NCBI GenBank assembly: GCA_951406725.2
Contig: OX597829.1
Span: forward strand, 46,810,001 to 46,874,000
Source of the DNA: Octopus vulgaris
Taxonomy: Eukaryota
Length of the DNA stretch: 64,000 nucleotides
Reading direction: 5' to 3'
Shown piece after piece: positions 13,938 through 26,760 of the stretch; the first letter of the stretch is position 1; each line of letters opens with the position of its first letter. Position numbers and translations under genes: made by a program. Under the pieces are notes generated by a model. That model ran no database searches. It saw only the letters and a program-made list of their open reading frames with translations, and had not been told where the DNA came from.

Positions 13938-14384
13938 TTAAAGAGAAAGAGATGGGATGAAAGAGAGACAGAGAGAGAAAAAGAGTTTGCAGTTCTTTAT
14001 GTTTAAAAACCTTTAGGATTTTCCGGTGTTTTAGGAGAACCCTTCCTTGTGGTGGAGAGAAAAAATTTTCATGCTTAGTCTGTGAGCACACATGACGGAA
14101 AAAGGCGGAGCATTAATGCATGCTAACAATTTCCGGAGAAGTAATCGGAAGGAGGTACGCAGCAGGTAAAGAATGGAAGATCATTTTGGAGACTGCCAGA
14201 TGTGGAACATCTAAATTCAATGGAGGAATTGAATTAGGTTTCAACTAGAAGCAATCAATGGTCGTTTTCAGGCCAATGGTTATTTCTGATGCTTGTCAAC
14301 AAAAGATTCCAGAAACACACCTTTACTTGTCCTAGCCTCCCATGAACTTGAACGGCACTAAAAGCATAATCATTTATTATATAT

Positions 14385-14597
14385 ATTTCTTTACTACCCA
14401 CAAGAGGCTAAACACAGAGGGAACCAACAAGGACAGACAAAGGGATTAAGTCGATTACATCGACCCCAGTGCGTAACTGGTACTTAATTTTTCGACCCCG
14501 AATGGATGAAAGGCAAAGTCGACCTCGGCGAAATTTGAACTCAGAACGTAACGGCAGACGAAATACGGCTACGCATTTCGCCAGGCGTGCTAACGTT
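14385..14597 (-). mobile_element. tRNA-derived SINE family B, 5'-clipped
   Basis: Minus strand has B-box-like gagttcaaatt, central gcctttcatcc.ttcggggtcga and tail gtgggtagtaaagaaat. Confidence 0.88.
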
Positions 14598-14707
14598 ATA
14601 ACAGATATATGCGATTAGCACCGTACATCTATATAAGAGGACCTCGCAAGGAAAATACAGTGGCATTCAGCGCTCTAATAATAAATCCACGTTTAGCAGG
14701 ATTGTAA

Positions 14708-14752
<45 letters not shown>

Positions 14753-14756
14753 TGTA

Positions 14757-15740
14757 TATATGAAAGGAAGTAAAAAATTATCCGTACTTGCCATAACATA
14801 TATATATTATTGTCACAGTGCCGTCTGCGTACGCGTGCTTATAGCTAGTACTATTGTGGTCACCTGATCGAAGTTTGAGCCTGATCGCGCCATTTTTCTT
14901 TTTGGCTTTACAGTGTAAGCATGGCTGTTCCACTAGCAATGTGCTCCAAAGAAGAATAAAGATCTATGATCTGATTTCTCTAATTGGAAAGTGTGTCAGG
15001 TGCTGGGAAAGGGTTGTACGATCAATACTGCAGGATATAATACTTTGCTGGCCAACAAACTAAAGCTTGCAATTCGCACCAAACGTCGAGTCCAATTGCA
15101 AAAGAAAGGTTTGCTGTTGCATGACAACGCTCGCCCTCACACAGCCGCCCAGACTGTTGAAAACATTAACCAATTGTGTTGGAAGCACTCCGTCGGTTAC
15201 GACGACGAGGGTTCCGGTTGATCCGAATCAACGGAACAGCCTGCTCGTGAAATTAACGTGTAAGTGGCTGAGCACTCCACAGACACGTGTACCCTTAACG
15301 TAGTTCTCGGGGATATTCAGCGTGACAGAGAGAGTGACAAGGCCGGCCCTTTGAAATACAGGTACAACAGAAACAGGAAGTAAGAGTGAGAGAAAGTTGT
15401 GGTAAAAGAGTACAGCAGGGATCACCACCACCCCCTGCCGGAGCCACGTGGAGCTTTTAGGTGTTTTCGCTCAATAAACACTCACAACACCCGGTCTGGG
15501 AATCGAAACCGCGATCCTATGACCGCGAGTCCGCTGCCCTAACCACTGGGCCATTGCGCCTCCACACCAATTGTGTTAAAAGCCTCTGAATTTCCGTACC
15601 TGAGAAACTTTCCGGCCAGAGAAATCCGACTCTCTTCTTTTTCGATGCACATTGATGGTGGAACGGCCATACTTACACTGTAAAGTAAGAAAAAATAAAT
15701 GGCGCGAAACTGCAGATAATTTTTCTGCTTCTTGTCTATA
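14757..15740. mobile_element. Rearranged mariner (DD34D) transposon remnant with an inverted 5' end
   Basis: Degenerate TIRs at 14757-14787 and 15711-15740. Transposase start MAVPLAMCSKEE at 14921 and catalytic-region LLLHDNARPHTA (HDNARPH at 15120-15140). A second, inverted N-terminal copy lies at 15571-15707. Confidence 0.8.
15181..15565 (-). mobile_element. tRNA-derived SINE family C, full length with 12-bp TSD
   Basis: Head gtggaggcgcaatggcccagtggttagggcagcggactcgcgg...gtttcgattccc. TSD accaattgtgtt at 15169-15180 and 15566-15577. Sister copy at 63377. Confidence 0.93.
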
Positions 15741-15744
15741 TCTC

Positions 15745-16093
15745 TCTTTTACTTACTTGTTTCAGTCATTTGACTGCGGTCATGCTGGAGCACCGCCTTT
15801 AGCCGAGCAAATCGAACCCAGGACTTATTCTTTGAAAGCCTAGTACTTATTCTATCGGTCTCTTTTGCTGAACTGCTATGTTACGGGGACGTAAGCACAC
15901 CACCATCGGTTGTCAAGCGATGTTGGTGGGGGGGACAAACAGACACACAAACATATACATACACACACATACATATATACGACGGGCTTCTTTCAGTTTC
16001 CGTCTACCAAATCCACTCACAAGGCTTTGGCAGGCCTCGGGCCTATCAAAGACTTGTGATTGGATTTGCTAGATGGAAACTAAAAGAGGTCTG

Positions 16094-16097
<4 letters not shown>
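15745..16097 (-). mobile_element. SINE family A, minus copy fused to an inverted plus fragment
   Basis: Minus copy runs to about 16036, then a plus-strand family A fragment follows (16034-16097). Confidence 0.85.
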
Positions 16098-16145
<48 letters not shown>

Positions 16146-17047
16146 GTGTGTGTGTGTGTGTTTGCATGAGAAGATATATATACATACATACATACATACA
16201 TACATACATACCAAAATACCCGGTTTATTCTGTCAGTGTCACCTACCCGTGAAACCGTTATAATATATCTGCAACATTACTGTTATTTTTGGTTTGGTCT
16301 CTTGTTTTCATTCCACCATTTTCGTTTGTGCTTATATTCTCTTCTCATTATATTATCATTTGATGTTGCTCGTTTTATTTCATTTGTTGAGGCTATTGTT
16401 GATGTTCTTGTTGTAGTTTAGATATAGATGCGACTTGATTAAACAAGATTTATTGCGAACGGCATTGTTGCCATGATAATCTTGTCTTTTCTCTTTTCCA
16501 TCAGATATCTATGACTGAATTATCCGATGAAATTTTCGATGTTTTGTAAAGATAAACGTTGCTTGAAAACTAACTCATATTTTGGGCTGTTATTTCTTAC
16601 AGATTATATTGAGAACGCCTCTTTCTTCTTCAGGGGTTAAAACTCTGAGTACGTATTCTTCCTGTGAAATAATTGCGTGGTAACACCTTGCCAAATTCGA
16701 TGAGCGTAAGGAGTCTTTACAGAATAAAAGAATACATTTATCGTGTGAAGCACAGTTGCGTGTTTAATTAGTTTTAATTAGTTCCATATACCAAACATAT
16801 TGTAACTAGTTAATGAGTTTCAATTACGTTTAATAGTAAAGTTGACTCACCTTTCATCAGCAGACTTAAACATTATGAACAAATTCTTTCTACCATTCTC
16901 TAGGGATCTAATTTTGATTAAGGCTTTTGGTGTACCAAGTATATATCTTCATTATTTGTTTTCCATACAGCAAGCATTCTCGCAGATTTTTTCAATCATT
17001 CTTTTAAGCCATCGCATTGCTCTATATTTATACATTATATATTTATT

Positions 17048-17169
<122 letters not shown>

Positions 17170-17621
17170 ATAGGATTAGCTCGTATACGAGTAGGTATAT
17201 ATTTGTAAAAAATGAAGTTCGAAAATGCTGCTATATTATACAATTTTTTTATTTTTATATATACATTATAACATGTTTCAGTTCCTGAAATGAACCTTAT
17301 CAAAAAAAGTTATATATAAAAAAAGACAGCTCATGCCGTCAAACACAAGAAATTCATTTATAATACACAACGGAGTCAGACATCTTAGAGTTCATGTATA
17401 GTTGATATATAGTTTGAAGTAAGTTCATTCATGCTATATGTTCAAAGTGTTCGATGCAGTGGCCCACGGTGGCGATACGTATTCAATACAAAAAACAGAT
17501 CAAAGTGGTGGAAAGCAGTCAATACAGAAGATTGATGTTTCCGAAAGAGTGAGGAATTCATTTTTACCTTAAGCATATATATATATATATATATATATTT
17601 ATTTATTCAACTGATATATAT

Positions 17622-17844
17622 CTCTTTTACTCTTTTACTTGTTTCAGTCATTTGACTGCGGCCATGCCGGAGCACCGCCTTTAATCGAGCAACTCGACCC
17701 CGGGACTTCTTGTTCTTTTGTAAGCCCAGTACTTATTCTATCGGTCTCTTTTGCCGAACCGCTAAGTGACGGGGACATAAACACACCAGCATCGGTTGTC
17801 AAGCAATGCTAGGGGACAAACACAGACACACAAACACACACACA

Positions 17845-17885
<41 letters not shown>

Positions 17886-18040
17886 GACGGGCTTCTTTCA
17901 GTTTCCGTCTACCAAATCCACTCACAAGGCTTTGGTCGGCCCGAGGCTATAGTAGAAGACACTTACCCAAGGTGCCACGCAGTGGGACTGAACCCGGAAC
18001 CATGCGGTTGGTAGACAAGCTACTTACCACACAGCCACTC

Positions 18041-18041
<1 letters not shown>
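17622..18041 (-). mobile_element. SINE family A
   Basis: Near full-length reverse-complement match. Confidence 0.92.
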
Positions 18042-18104
<63 letters not shown>

Positions 18105-18599
18105 TGAATAAAGTTACAATAATGTCAGGTTTTCACGTTTTTATTATTGTATTTTAAAGAATTCTTTTTTTACAAAACTGAGGTGTATTAAACATTAAGA
18201 AAATATCTAGAAATGTTTATAAAGTTCGTAATCATAGGATTTCAAAACATATTGACGTACAGTTGAGCTGAATGCTTGACAACTAGTAAAATGACTGACT
18301 TATTCCTTTTTATACCTTTTAGAAGGCTCTGATAAGCTGCATTTTTCGAATACGGTTTTGACCAATCAGCATGCAGTAATGTCGGACGCACCGATATTAC
18401 TGGCATAGATTCAGTCTTTATTTTAACAAATTAGCTTGCGGTTTACGTGTAATGGTTTTATGAGTGAGCAAACTTGATTTGGATAATTTATTTTTATTTC
18501 AATCGGTAGGGGTCTTCTGTAATTTGTTTGTATTAATATATTAAAGATATCTTTTAATCCACATCATTAGCTGGTTGTTATATTATTCTTGTTCTTTTT

Positions 18600-19860
18600 A
18601 TTCAGAACAACTTTGAACATTTTAATGAAACATTTTCTTTTATCTTTCTTCCAACCTCACTTGTGTCATGTAGTTTGTGGAAAGGAAAAATTAGAAACCT
18701 TTTCTGACCACATGACTCTTTATGTTCGCTCAATGGAATTTGGTGAACATTGGTGTTCCGGATTTGTTGTCTGTGAACTCGTGAGCGTCCCGATAATGTA
18801 TTTCCTGTCTCGCCAATATATAGTTCCTTGCAATTCGGGCATTTAATGTAGTAGATCAAATTTCTGCCTTTGCTGTTCATACCTGCATTTGTTAAGATTT
18901 GTTCAGTCTTTGTTCTAATGAATCTACCTGTATGCATGTACTGACACATTCCTACTACTATACTATGGCAATCCCTCAAGGTCGAGGATGATGGTCTTCG
19001 CGCAAATTTATTGGTGAGTCCGCAGGTGACTGATAAGACCAATTCTTGCTCGAAAAGATCGGTCACAGTGCGGACATCTAGTGCCGGAAGGGAGAGTCGC
19101 ACGTGGTTGTTGTTGGCGCTCCTTCCGTCGTCGTATTTTCTCCTCCAGCTCTGCAGACCTTTTCGACTCGAAATTCGCCGTTCCCTCATGGATGGTGGTT
19201 TTCCAGAGTGGTCTGTTTTTTGCCGTTTCCTCCCAGTTGGTGAAGTCAATGTCACACTTTTTGAGGTTCGATTTCAGGGAGTCCTTGTAGCGTTTCTTCT
19301 GGCCTCCTTTTGTACGCTTGCCGTCTTTGAGTTGGGAGTAGAAGATCTGTTTGGGAAGTCGTTCGTCAGTCATTCTAACCACGTGGCCGCTCCATCTTAG
19401 TTGGCCTTTGATGACATAGGCTTCGATGCTGGTCATTTTTGCTTCTTGTAGCACGAAGCCATCACTGACACATTCCACATCTATTATCATTACACTTGGA
19501 TACTGAGAATGTGTAATCCTGTTTGGTCATATTGAATTGTGCCTTTGTTAATAGTTTTTTAGGTTATGTATAGCTAATCAAATACTTATCTTAAGCAAAA
19601 GCTTAAGATAAGTATTTGATTAGCTATTATGTTTTTGTTTTATTTTTCACTTTGTTTCATGATTAGCAAATTTGTTTTGATGATGTTAAAAAATTTTTGT
19701 TGATGCAAATTGTGTGTTACTGGAAATGGTATTGTGTTCCTTTGATGGGTTCGTCTTTCCCGTGTTGCCGTAAGTTGTTCTATAGGGATCTCTTTTGCTC
19801 GTTGTATGCTATTTTCTGTAACTAGGAGAGAGTATTTTTGCTTGATAATAAAAACGTGAA
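18600..19860 (-). mobile_element. Degenerate Penelope-like element (linker plus GIY-YIG endonuclease), interrupted by an RTE LINE
   Basis: Minus strand reads ...IQRAKEIPIEQL...IPFPVTHN...KKLLTKAQF...SKCNDNRCGMCQY...NLIYYIKCPNCKELYIGETG...HRQQIR...LSEH...FLIFPFHKL: a GIY-YIG motif with a Cys-rich linker. Confidence 0.85.
18953..19463 (-). mobile_element. RTE-clade LINE, 5'-truncated, with 13-bp TSD
   Basis: Open frame QLRWSGHVVRMTDERLPKQIFYSQLKDGKRTKGGQKKRYKD...CPHCDRSFRARIGLISHLRTH, short 3' UTR and (TAG)n tail. TSD actgacacattcc at 18940-18952 and 19464-19476. Confidence 0.93.
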
Positions 19861-20350
19861 AGCCAGGACCATGTTGTAACTTTACGTCTCTTCTGATTAT
19901 TACGGTCTTTTATAATGATGTAATGTTTTCATTATTCTATTAAAAGGTTACATAAGAAACAACTGTAATGAGCTGGCAATTATCTATTGGCTGTTATTAT
20001 TCATTTGATTATAATACATCAAGGGAATTTACGACTTGTCAGACACCCTAGAGTATACCAACAACGTACTATACAAAGTAACCAGCCCCTTAGGCGCTAA
20101 ATACCCATAGGGTTGGTTTTTTTCAAGTACATGATTCTATCTGAATCTTCATTTTATACATACGTATGTGTGTGTGTGTGTATGTATGTCCTATAAATTC
20201 CACACAACCTTGGCTTTGTTGTCTCATTTTTTAAAGACACACACACATATATATATATACATACATACATGCATACATACATACATACATACATACATAC
20301 ATACATACATACATACATACATACATACATACAGATATATATAAATATAT

Positions 20351-20840
20351 GCAGGAATGGCTGTATGGTAAGTAGCTTGTTTACGAACCACATTTTTCCG
20401 GGTTCATTACCACTGCGTGGCACCTTGGGCAAATATCTTCTACTATAGTCTCGGGCCTGCCAAAGCCTTGTGAGTGGATTTGGTAGACGAAAACTGAAAG
20501 AAGCCCGTCGTATATATGTATGTTTGTGTGTCTGTGTTTGTTCCCACAACATCGCTTGACAACCGATGGTGGTGTGCTTACGTCCCCGTAACATAGCAGT
20601 TCAGCAAAAGAGATCCGATAGAATAAGTACTAGGCTTTCAAAGAATAAGTCTTCGCGGTCGATTTGCTCGGCTAAAGGCGGTGCTCCAGCATGGCCGTAA
20701 CATAGCAGTTCAGCAAAAGAGATCCGATAGAATAAGTACTAGGCTTTCAAAGAATAAGTCCTCGCGGTCGATTTGCTCGGCTAAAGGCGGGGCTCCAGCA
20801 TGGCCGCAGTCAAATGACTGAAACTAGTAAGGAAAAGAGA
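20351..20840 (+). mobile_element. SINE family A with internal 109-bp tandem duplication
   Basis: Family A match; 20586-20694 is repeated at 20695-20803. Confidence 0.9.
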
Positions 20841-22202
20841 GATATGAACAAGAATACAGATAATCTCCAGTTAAATTGATGATTACACTATACATTATCG
20901 CCGATCGTATCCACGGTGCCAGTATATTTAGATACAAGTGGGTGCAAGTGTGTTTATATGTGGGTGTTTAAGTTTACACATTTGGAAATTGGTGCGCCGA
21001 CCTACGCCATTTTTATTAAACTGTGTAATATTTGACTATTCGATTAATTGCCATCTACAAAATAAACGTGGTTGTTTGGTTCTTAAAATTTGTTGAAGCC
21101 TCTGAGTTGCCCTACATACTAACATGGTTTCAGTCCAGTAACTGGAACCAGAAAGAAAAAAAACAGCTACTTATGGATTTAGAAATAACGGTATAGTTTG
21201 ACGTTATAACTGCGCAAAAGAAATATGCCTGTCTTAGTAACGGTATAATATCTTTCAATTTGATGCTTAACCGAATGATGAAGTGCATTGTAAATTATTG
21301 GGAAGTTGTCTCGGACTCAAACAGGTATAGTCTTTGTTTTGTATTAGTGTGCTTACCTGTGTTCATGTGTGTGTGTCTTAAAGCAGATATGCTCTCCTGT
21401 ACATATTGAGTGTACTAAATGCGATCTGGAAAATCTCGATAAATTCACATAGATTATATTGTATTATATGACTGTGTTTAACATATTTCCCTTACTGATC
21501 TTTTTCCCCATCCAATCGGGAACTCAAGCCAATCTGATCTTGTTAGTTGTTCCTGTTCTGTCACATTTAACCGCCCACCAACTCCACTTTAAGAAGATAA
21601 ATCCTGACGGTGATAACAAATATAAAATCAATTTTCCAAATACCATTTGATATTAACAAAAATATTATCAGATATAAACAGAATACAAATTTCTGATAGC
21701 ATTCATGACAGTTGTTTGATATTGCTTTTGATATCCCCCCATAAAAAAAAAAGGTAATGTTTCATGCAGAAAATAACAAAAAAAAAAAAAAAAAAGAAGC
21801 AAATATGTGATATCATCAGAGAAAAAAGAAAACTGTATCAGGAAAAATTTATTGATAGTCATATTGATATTGTAACAACGCAAAGAAAGAAAAAAAATAA
21901 ATAAATGAATAAATAAATAAATAAATAAAAAGGAAAAAAATACGATATTTGATAACATCGTCAGTCAATACAAGAAATGCGATTTACAACTTCTTTCTTT
22001 TTCTATGGAAAGAAAGAAAGAAAAAAAAAACGCATTATACTTTGTTTATTGATTGATTGCTCATGGTTAGGAGAATATTTGAAAACTTGTTTTAAAGTTT
22101 TAATTAAGGAAAATATTGATTTCTTTCATGGACACAAGACGTTACATTGGGAAGTGTCGGAGAATGTCTAAATGGGAATTGTGGCGTTCATGCTTTTTTT
22201 CT

Positions 22203-23120
<918 letters not shown>

Positions 23121-23889
23121 TGTCTTTTCTCTTAGCTCGTAGGGAATTAACTTGAGGTCAGCTACGGGTAATGGTTATGTAAGGGAGTTAATCAATATTT
23201 AGACTGACCTTTCAGTGAGCTTGCGTCAACAGTAATCATTTACTAATGAGCATAAGGAATTTATTTTATTTAGTTTTGCTTTATTTTCTATTAGCAAGTT
23301 ATCAAATGTTGTGACATTCATGCCTTTTCTGCGGTGAATTGAAAAGTGAAATGGAAAACGAAACGAAATATTACTACAGCCAATTGAAAAACACCGTCAG
23401 CTCGGGATCATTTAGTGTAGTTTAGCTTTTAGACAACCAGGATTGATTAGACTATACTCTCTGTTATGCATTGAGTATTTAGCACAAAATAGAAGTATAT
23501 TTTCTCTAGAGACGCTAGAAGAATGTTATTTACATATGATTTGGCTGCTATTTTTAGCAGCTTGAGCTATTATGTAGGAATATGCTTTTTGCATTATCTG
23601 ATACTTTTAGTTATTCTTTAACTGTGAAAAATGGTTACGTTGGCTGCTAAATGCTGTTCATTTACAAGTCAGTTTATAAATCAAAATAGGTCAATTTCTA
23701 TGTTAATTACCAATAAGAATCTTGATTAATCTTGATTATTGAAGTGTCTCCACTTTTAAAAAAAGGCACTGGCGAAAGCATGTTCCTTGACGTACACCAA
23801 CACATATTTGCCAAATAGAAGTGCATCTTCTATCGGTTAACTAACGTCTTTTCCACACGAACACATACACAAGAGTGTATGTTATTTGT

Positions 23890-24260
23890 GCTTGCTAACC
23901 AACCACATGGTTCCGGGTTCAGTCCAACTGCGTGGCATCTTGGGCAAGTGTCTTCTGCTATAGCCCCGGGCCGACCAATGCCTTGTGAGTGGATTTGGTA
24001 GACGGAAACTGAAAGAAGCCCGCCGTATATATGTATATATATATGCGTGTGTGTGTTTGTGTGTCTGTGTTTGTCCCCCTAGCATTGCTTGACAACCGAT
24101 GCTGGTGTGTTTACGTCCCCGTAACATAGCAGTTCAGCAAAAGAGACCGGTAGAATAAGTACTGGGCTTACAAAGAATAAGTCCCGGGGTCGATTTGCTC
24201 GACTAAAGGCGGTGCTCCAGCATGGCCGCAGTCAAAATGACTGAAACAAGTAAAAGAAAA
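23890..24260 (+). mobile_element. SINE family A, 5'-clipped
   Basis: Family A match from gcttgctaacc to the tail. Confidence 0.9.
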
Positions 24261-24545
24261 AATATATATATATATATATATATATTATGCATAAATAAGT
24301 GTGTGCAGCATGTGTGTGTGTGCTCGTGTGTAGATTCGAATGTGAGAAATATTAGAATCCACAAAATGTCTTTTAACTGCAGTTTGTAATGGAGGAGAAA
24401 TTTTCACTTGGAGACAAAAAGAAGTCCAAAATCCCATAGTCAGCTCAGAAAGCACTCTACTGAACTGAGTGACTCATGCATTTCGAATTCTTAGTTGGCA
24501 TCAGTACCAGACATCAAAAGAGATGTTGTGGTGGGATTCTAACCT

Positions 24546-24959
24546 ATTTCTTTACTACCCACAAGGGGCTAAACACAGAGGAGACAAACAAGGACAGACA
24601 AACGGATTAAGTCGGTAATATCGACCCCAGTGCGTAACTGGTACTTATTTAATCGACCCCGAAAGGATGAAAGGCAAAGTCGACCTCGGCGGAATTTGAA
24701 CTCAGAACGTAACGGCAGACGAAATACCCATTTCTTTACTACCCACAAGGGGCTAAACACAGAGGAGACAAACAAGGACAGACAAACGGATTAAGTCGAT
24801 TATATCGACCCCAGTGCGTAACTGGTACTTAATTTATCAACCCCAAAAGGACTAAAGGCAAAGTCGACCTCGGCGAAATTTGAACTCAGAACGTAACGGC
24901 AGACGAAATACCGCTAAGCATTTCGCCCGGCGTGCTAACGTTTCTGCCTGCTCGCCGCC
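24546..24959 (-). mobile_element. SINE family B, head plus two tandem bodies
   Basis: Full copy at 24730-24959 and a headless 184-bp repeat at 24546-24729. Confidence 0.9.
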
Positions 24960-25042
24960 TAACTACGAGTCGATTACATACATGTGGAATTTTGTAGTTA
25001 TATATCAGGATTGTTAGTTGTGTTTTTCCATACACCATCTTG

Positions 25043-25421
25043 TGATGCAATTGGACACACCATCGGCAATGTTTCCTGGGAGTCATTATCATTAAGTGTT
25101 TCGGATCTTTCAGCATTAAACGTATTCGCTTAAGTGACCCTGCCCCTGTTGATCAAACCAATGTTTGTGTCCGGTTAGCATTACTCCTGGTAGGATAGCG
25201 TCGACATTCCAGGGCTCTCATTCACCTTGAAGCAAACTCTGACGCCTCCTCAGTCAATCTAATGGCCTTCTGCATACTGGCCCCTGAGATATCAAACATG
25301 CTGTAATCTGTGCTGAAGGATTGGCTTCCAAATCCTCTCCAACCCGCCTAGATGCGATCGCATCGTGTTTGCAACCAATTGCATCGGCAAAATTCGACTA
25401 GCTCAGCATATTTCGTCCTCT
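25043..25421 (-). mobile_element. Degenerate HERO/NeSL-like RLE LINE 3' end
   Basis: Minus strand reads RTKYAELVEFCRCNWLQTRCDRI*AGWRGFGSQS...ISGASMQKAIRLTEEASEFASR*, matching the K-Y-x-E-L...E-V-G-C-R-G-F...A-S-R-W pattern of this clade's C-terminus. The clade call is recognition only. Confidence 0.65.
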
Positions 25422-25939
25422 AACGACCGAAGGGATACAAACTGAAGAAGCATTAGCTACAGAAGAAAGATAAAAACAACGAAGTACAGATGAAGAAGTG
25501 GGATAAGTGTGAACAATTTAGGTTAAAAGAAAAAAACACTAGAGTTGGATACAATTAGATTATAGGAAGAGAAATATACAGAAATAGATAAATAGTGAGA
25601 CTAATTATGGTAATTTCGAGATGATGATGATAGAAAAAGCTCAGGGAAGAAAATATAAATAGCAAAAATATTAAACTGTAGTTATATGACGCATATTTTT
25701 ATGTGTTTGCATAAGATTATCTCGTAGCTACGTGTGTTCTGCGAGTTTGATCCTAATGCGTCAAAGAACTCAAGTGCTTTGTCTTCTATTAGTTAACTAA
25801 TATCTTCCGAGCAGCATTTGGTTGTCCGGAAAAGTATGCAAGCCGTCACGTGTGTGTGTGAATGGGGGGGGGCATATATAACGTTATATCTATATATAGA
25901 GAGAGAGCGAGAGAGAAAGGGAGATGGAAACATAGGCAG

Positions 25940-25984
25940 ATAGATAGATGATAGATAGATTGATAGATAGATAGATAGATAGAT

Positions 25985-26019
<35 letters not shown>

Positions 26020-26022
26020 AAT

Positions 26023-26119
<97 letters not shown>

Positions 26120-26125
26120 CAGATA
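25940..26125. repeat. (GATA)n/(GAAA)n microsatellite
   Basis: Directly visible. Confidence 0.95.
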
Positions 26126-26219
26126 ACTTTGCTAGGTTTCGGCCAGTATAGGCCCAGGCCATGTCTAATTTAATTGCACCACCCGGTGAAGTTTTAGATG
26201 TACCGTACGTACCGATATA

Positions 26220-26319
<100 letters not shown>

Positions 26320-26354
26320 TGTATGTATGTATGTATGTATGTATGTATGTATGT

Positions 26355-26760
26355 GGGGTGGCTGTGTGGTAAGTAGCTTGCTAACCCACCACATGGTTCC
26401 GGGTTCAGTCCCACTGCGTGGCATCTTGGGCAAGTGTCTTCTGCTATAGCCCCGGGCCGACCAATGCCTTGTGAGTGGATTTGGTAGACGGAAACTGAAA
26501 GAAGCCTGTCCTATATATGTATATATATATATGTATGTATGTGTGTTTGTGTGTCTGTGTTTGTTCCCCTAGCATTGCTTGACAACCGATGCTGGTGTGT
26601 TTACGTCCCCGTCACTTAGCGGTTCGGCAAAAAGAGACCGATAGAATAAGTACTGGGCTTACAAAAAGAATGAGTCCCGGGGTCGAGTTGCTCGACTAAA
26701 AGGCGGTGCTCCAGCATGGCCGCAGTCAAAATGACTGAAACAAGTAAAAGAGTGAAAGAG
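26355..26760 (+). mobile_element. SINE family A
   Basis: Near full-length family match. Confidence 0.92.

Noticed and set aside
14092-14171. Short ATG-initiated frame ending in CAG|GTAAAG, a possible first exon
   Set aside because: No recognisable peptide, promoter evidence or partner exon.
15490-15565. tRNA-like sequences (also 29920-29992 and 63377-63450)
   Set aside because: They are SINE heads attached to SINE bodies and TSDs, not free-standing tRNA genes.
16844-16856. Minus-strand donor AAG|GTGAGT
   Set aside because: No pyrimidine tract or plausible exon upstream on that strand.
18602-19255. 217-aa ORF as a single gene
   Set aside because: It is a chimera of an off-frame RTE 3' end and the Penelope GIY-YIG region across the TSD.
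23130-23350. TAAT/ATTA-rich unique segments as candidate enhancers (also about 540-620, 9190-9420 and 32380-32600)
   Set aside because: Such motifs are expected in AT-rich DNA; they cannot be supported without cross-species conservation or chromatin data.
26125-26165. Half hammerhead on the minus strand (GGCC-tatact-GGCC GAAAC)
   Set aside because: The CUGANGA box and stem I are absent; too incomplete to call.
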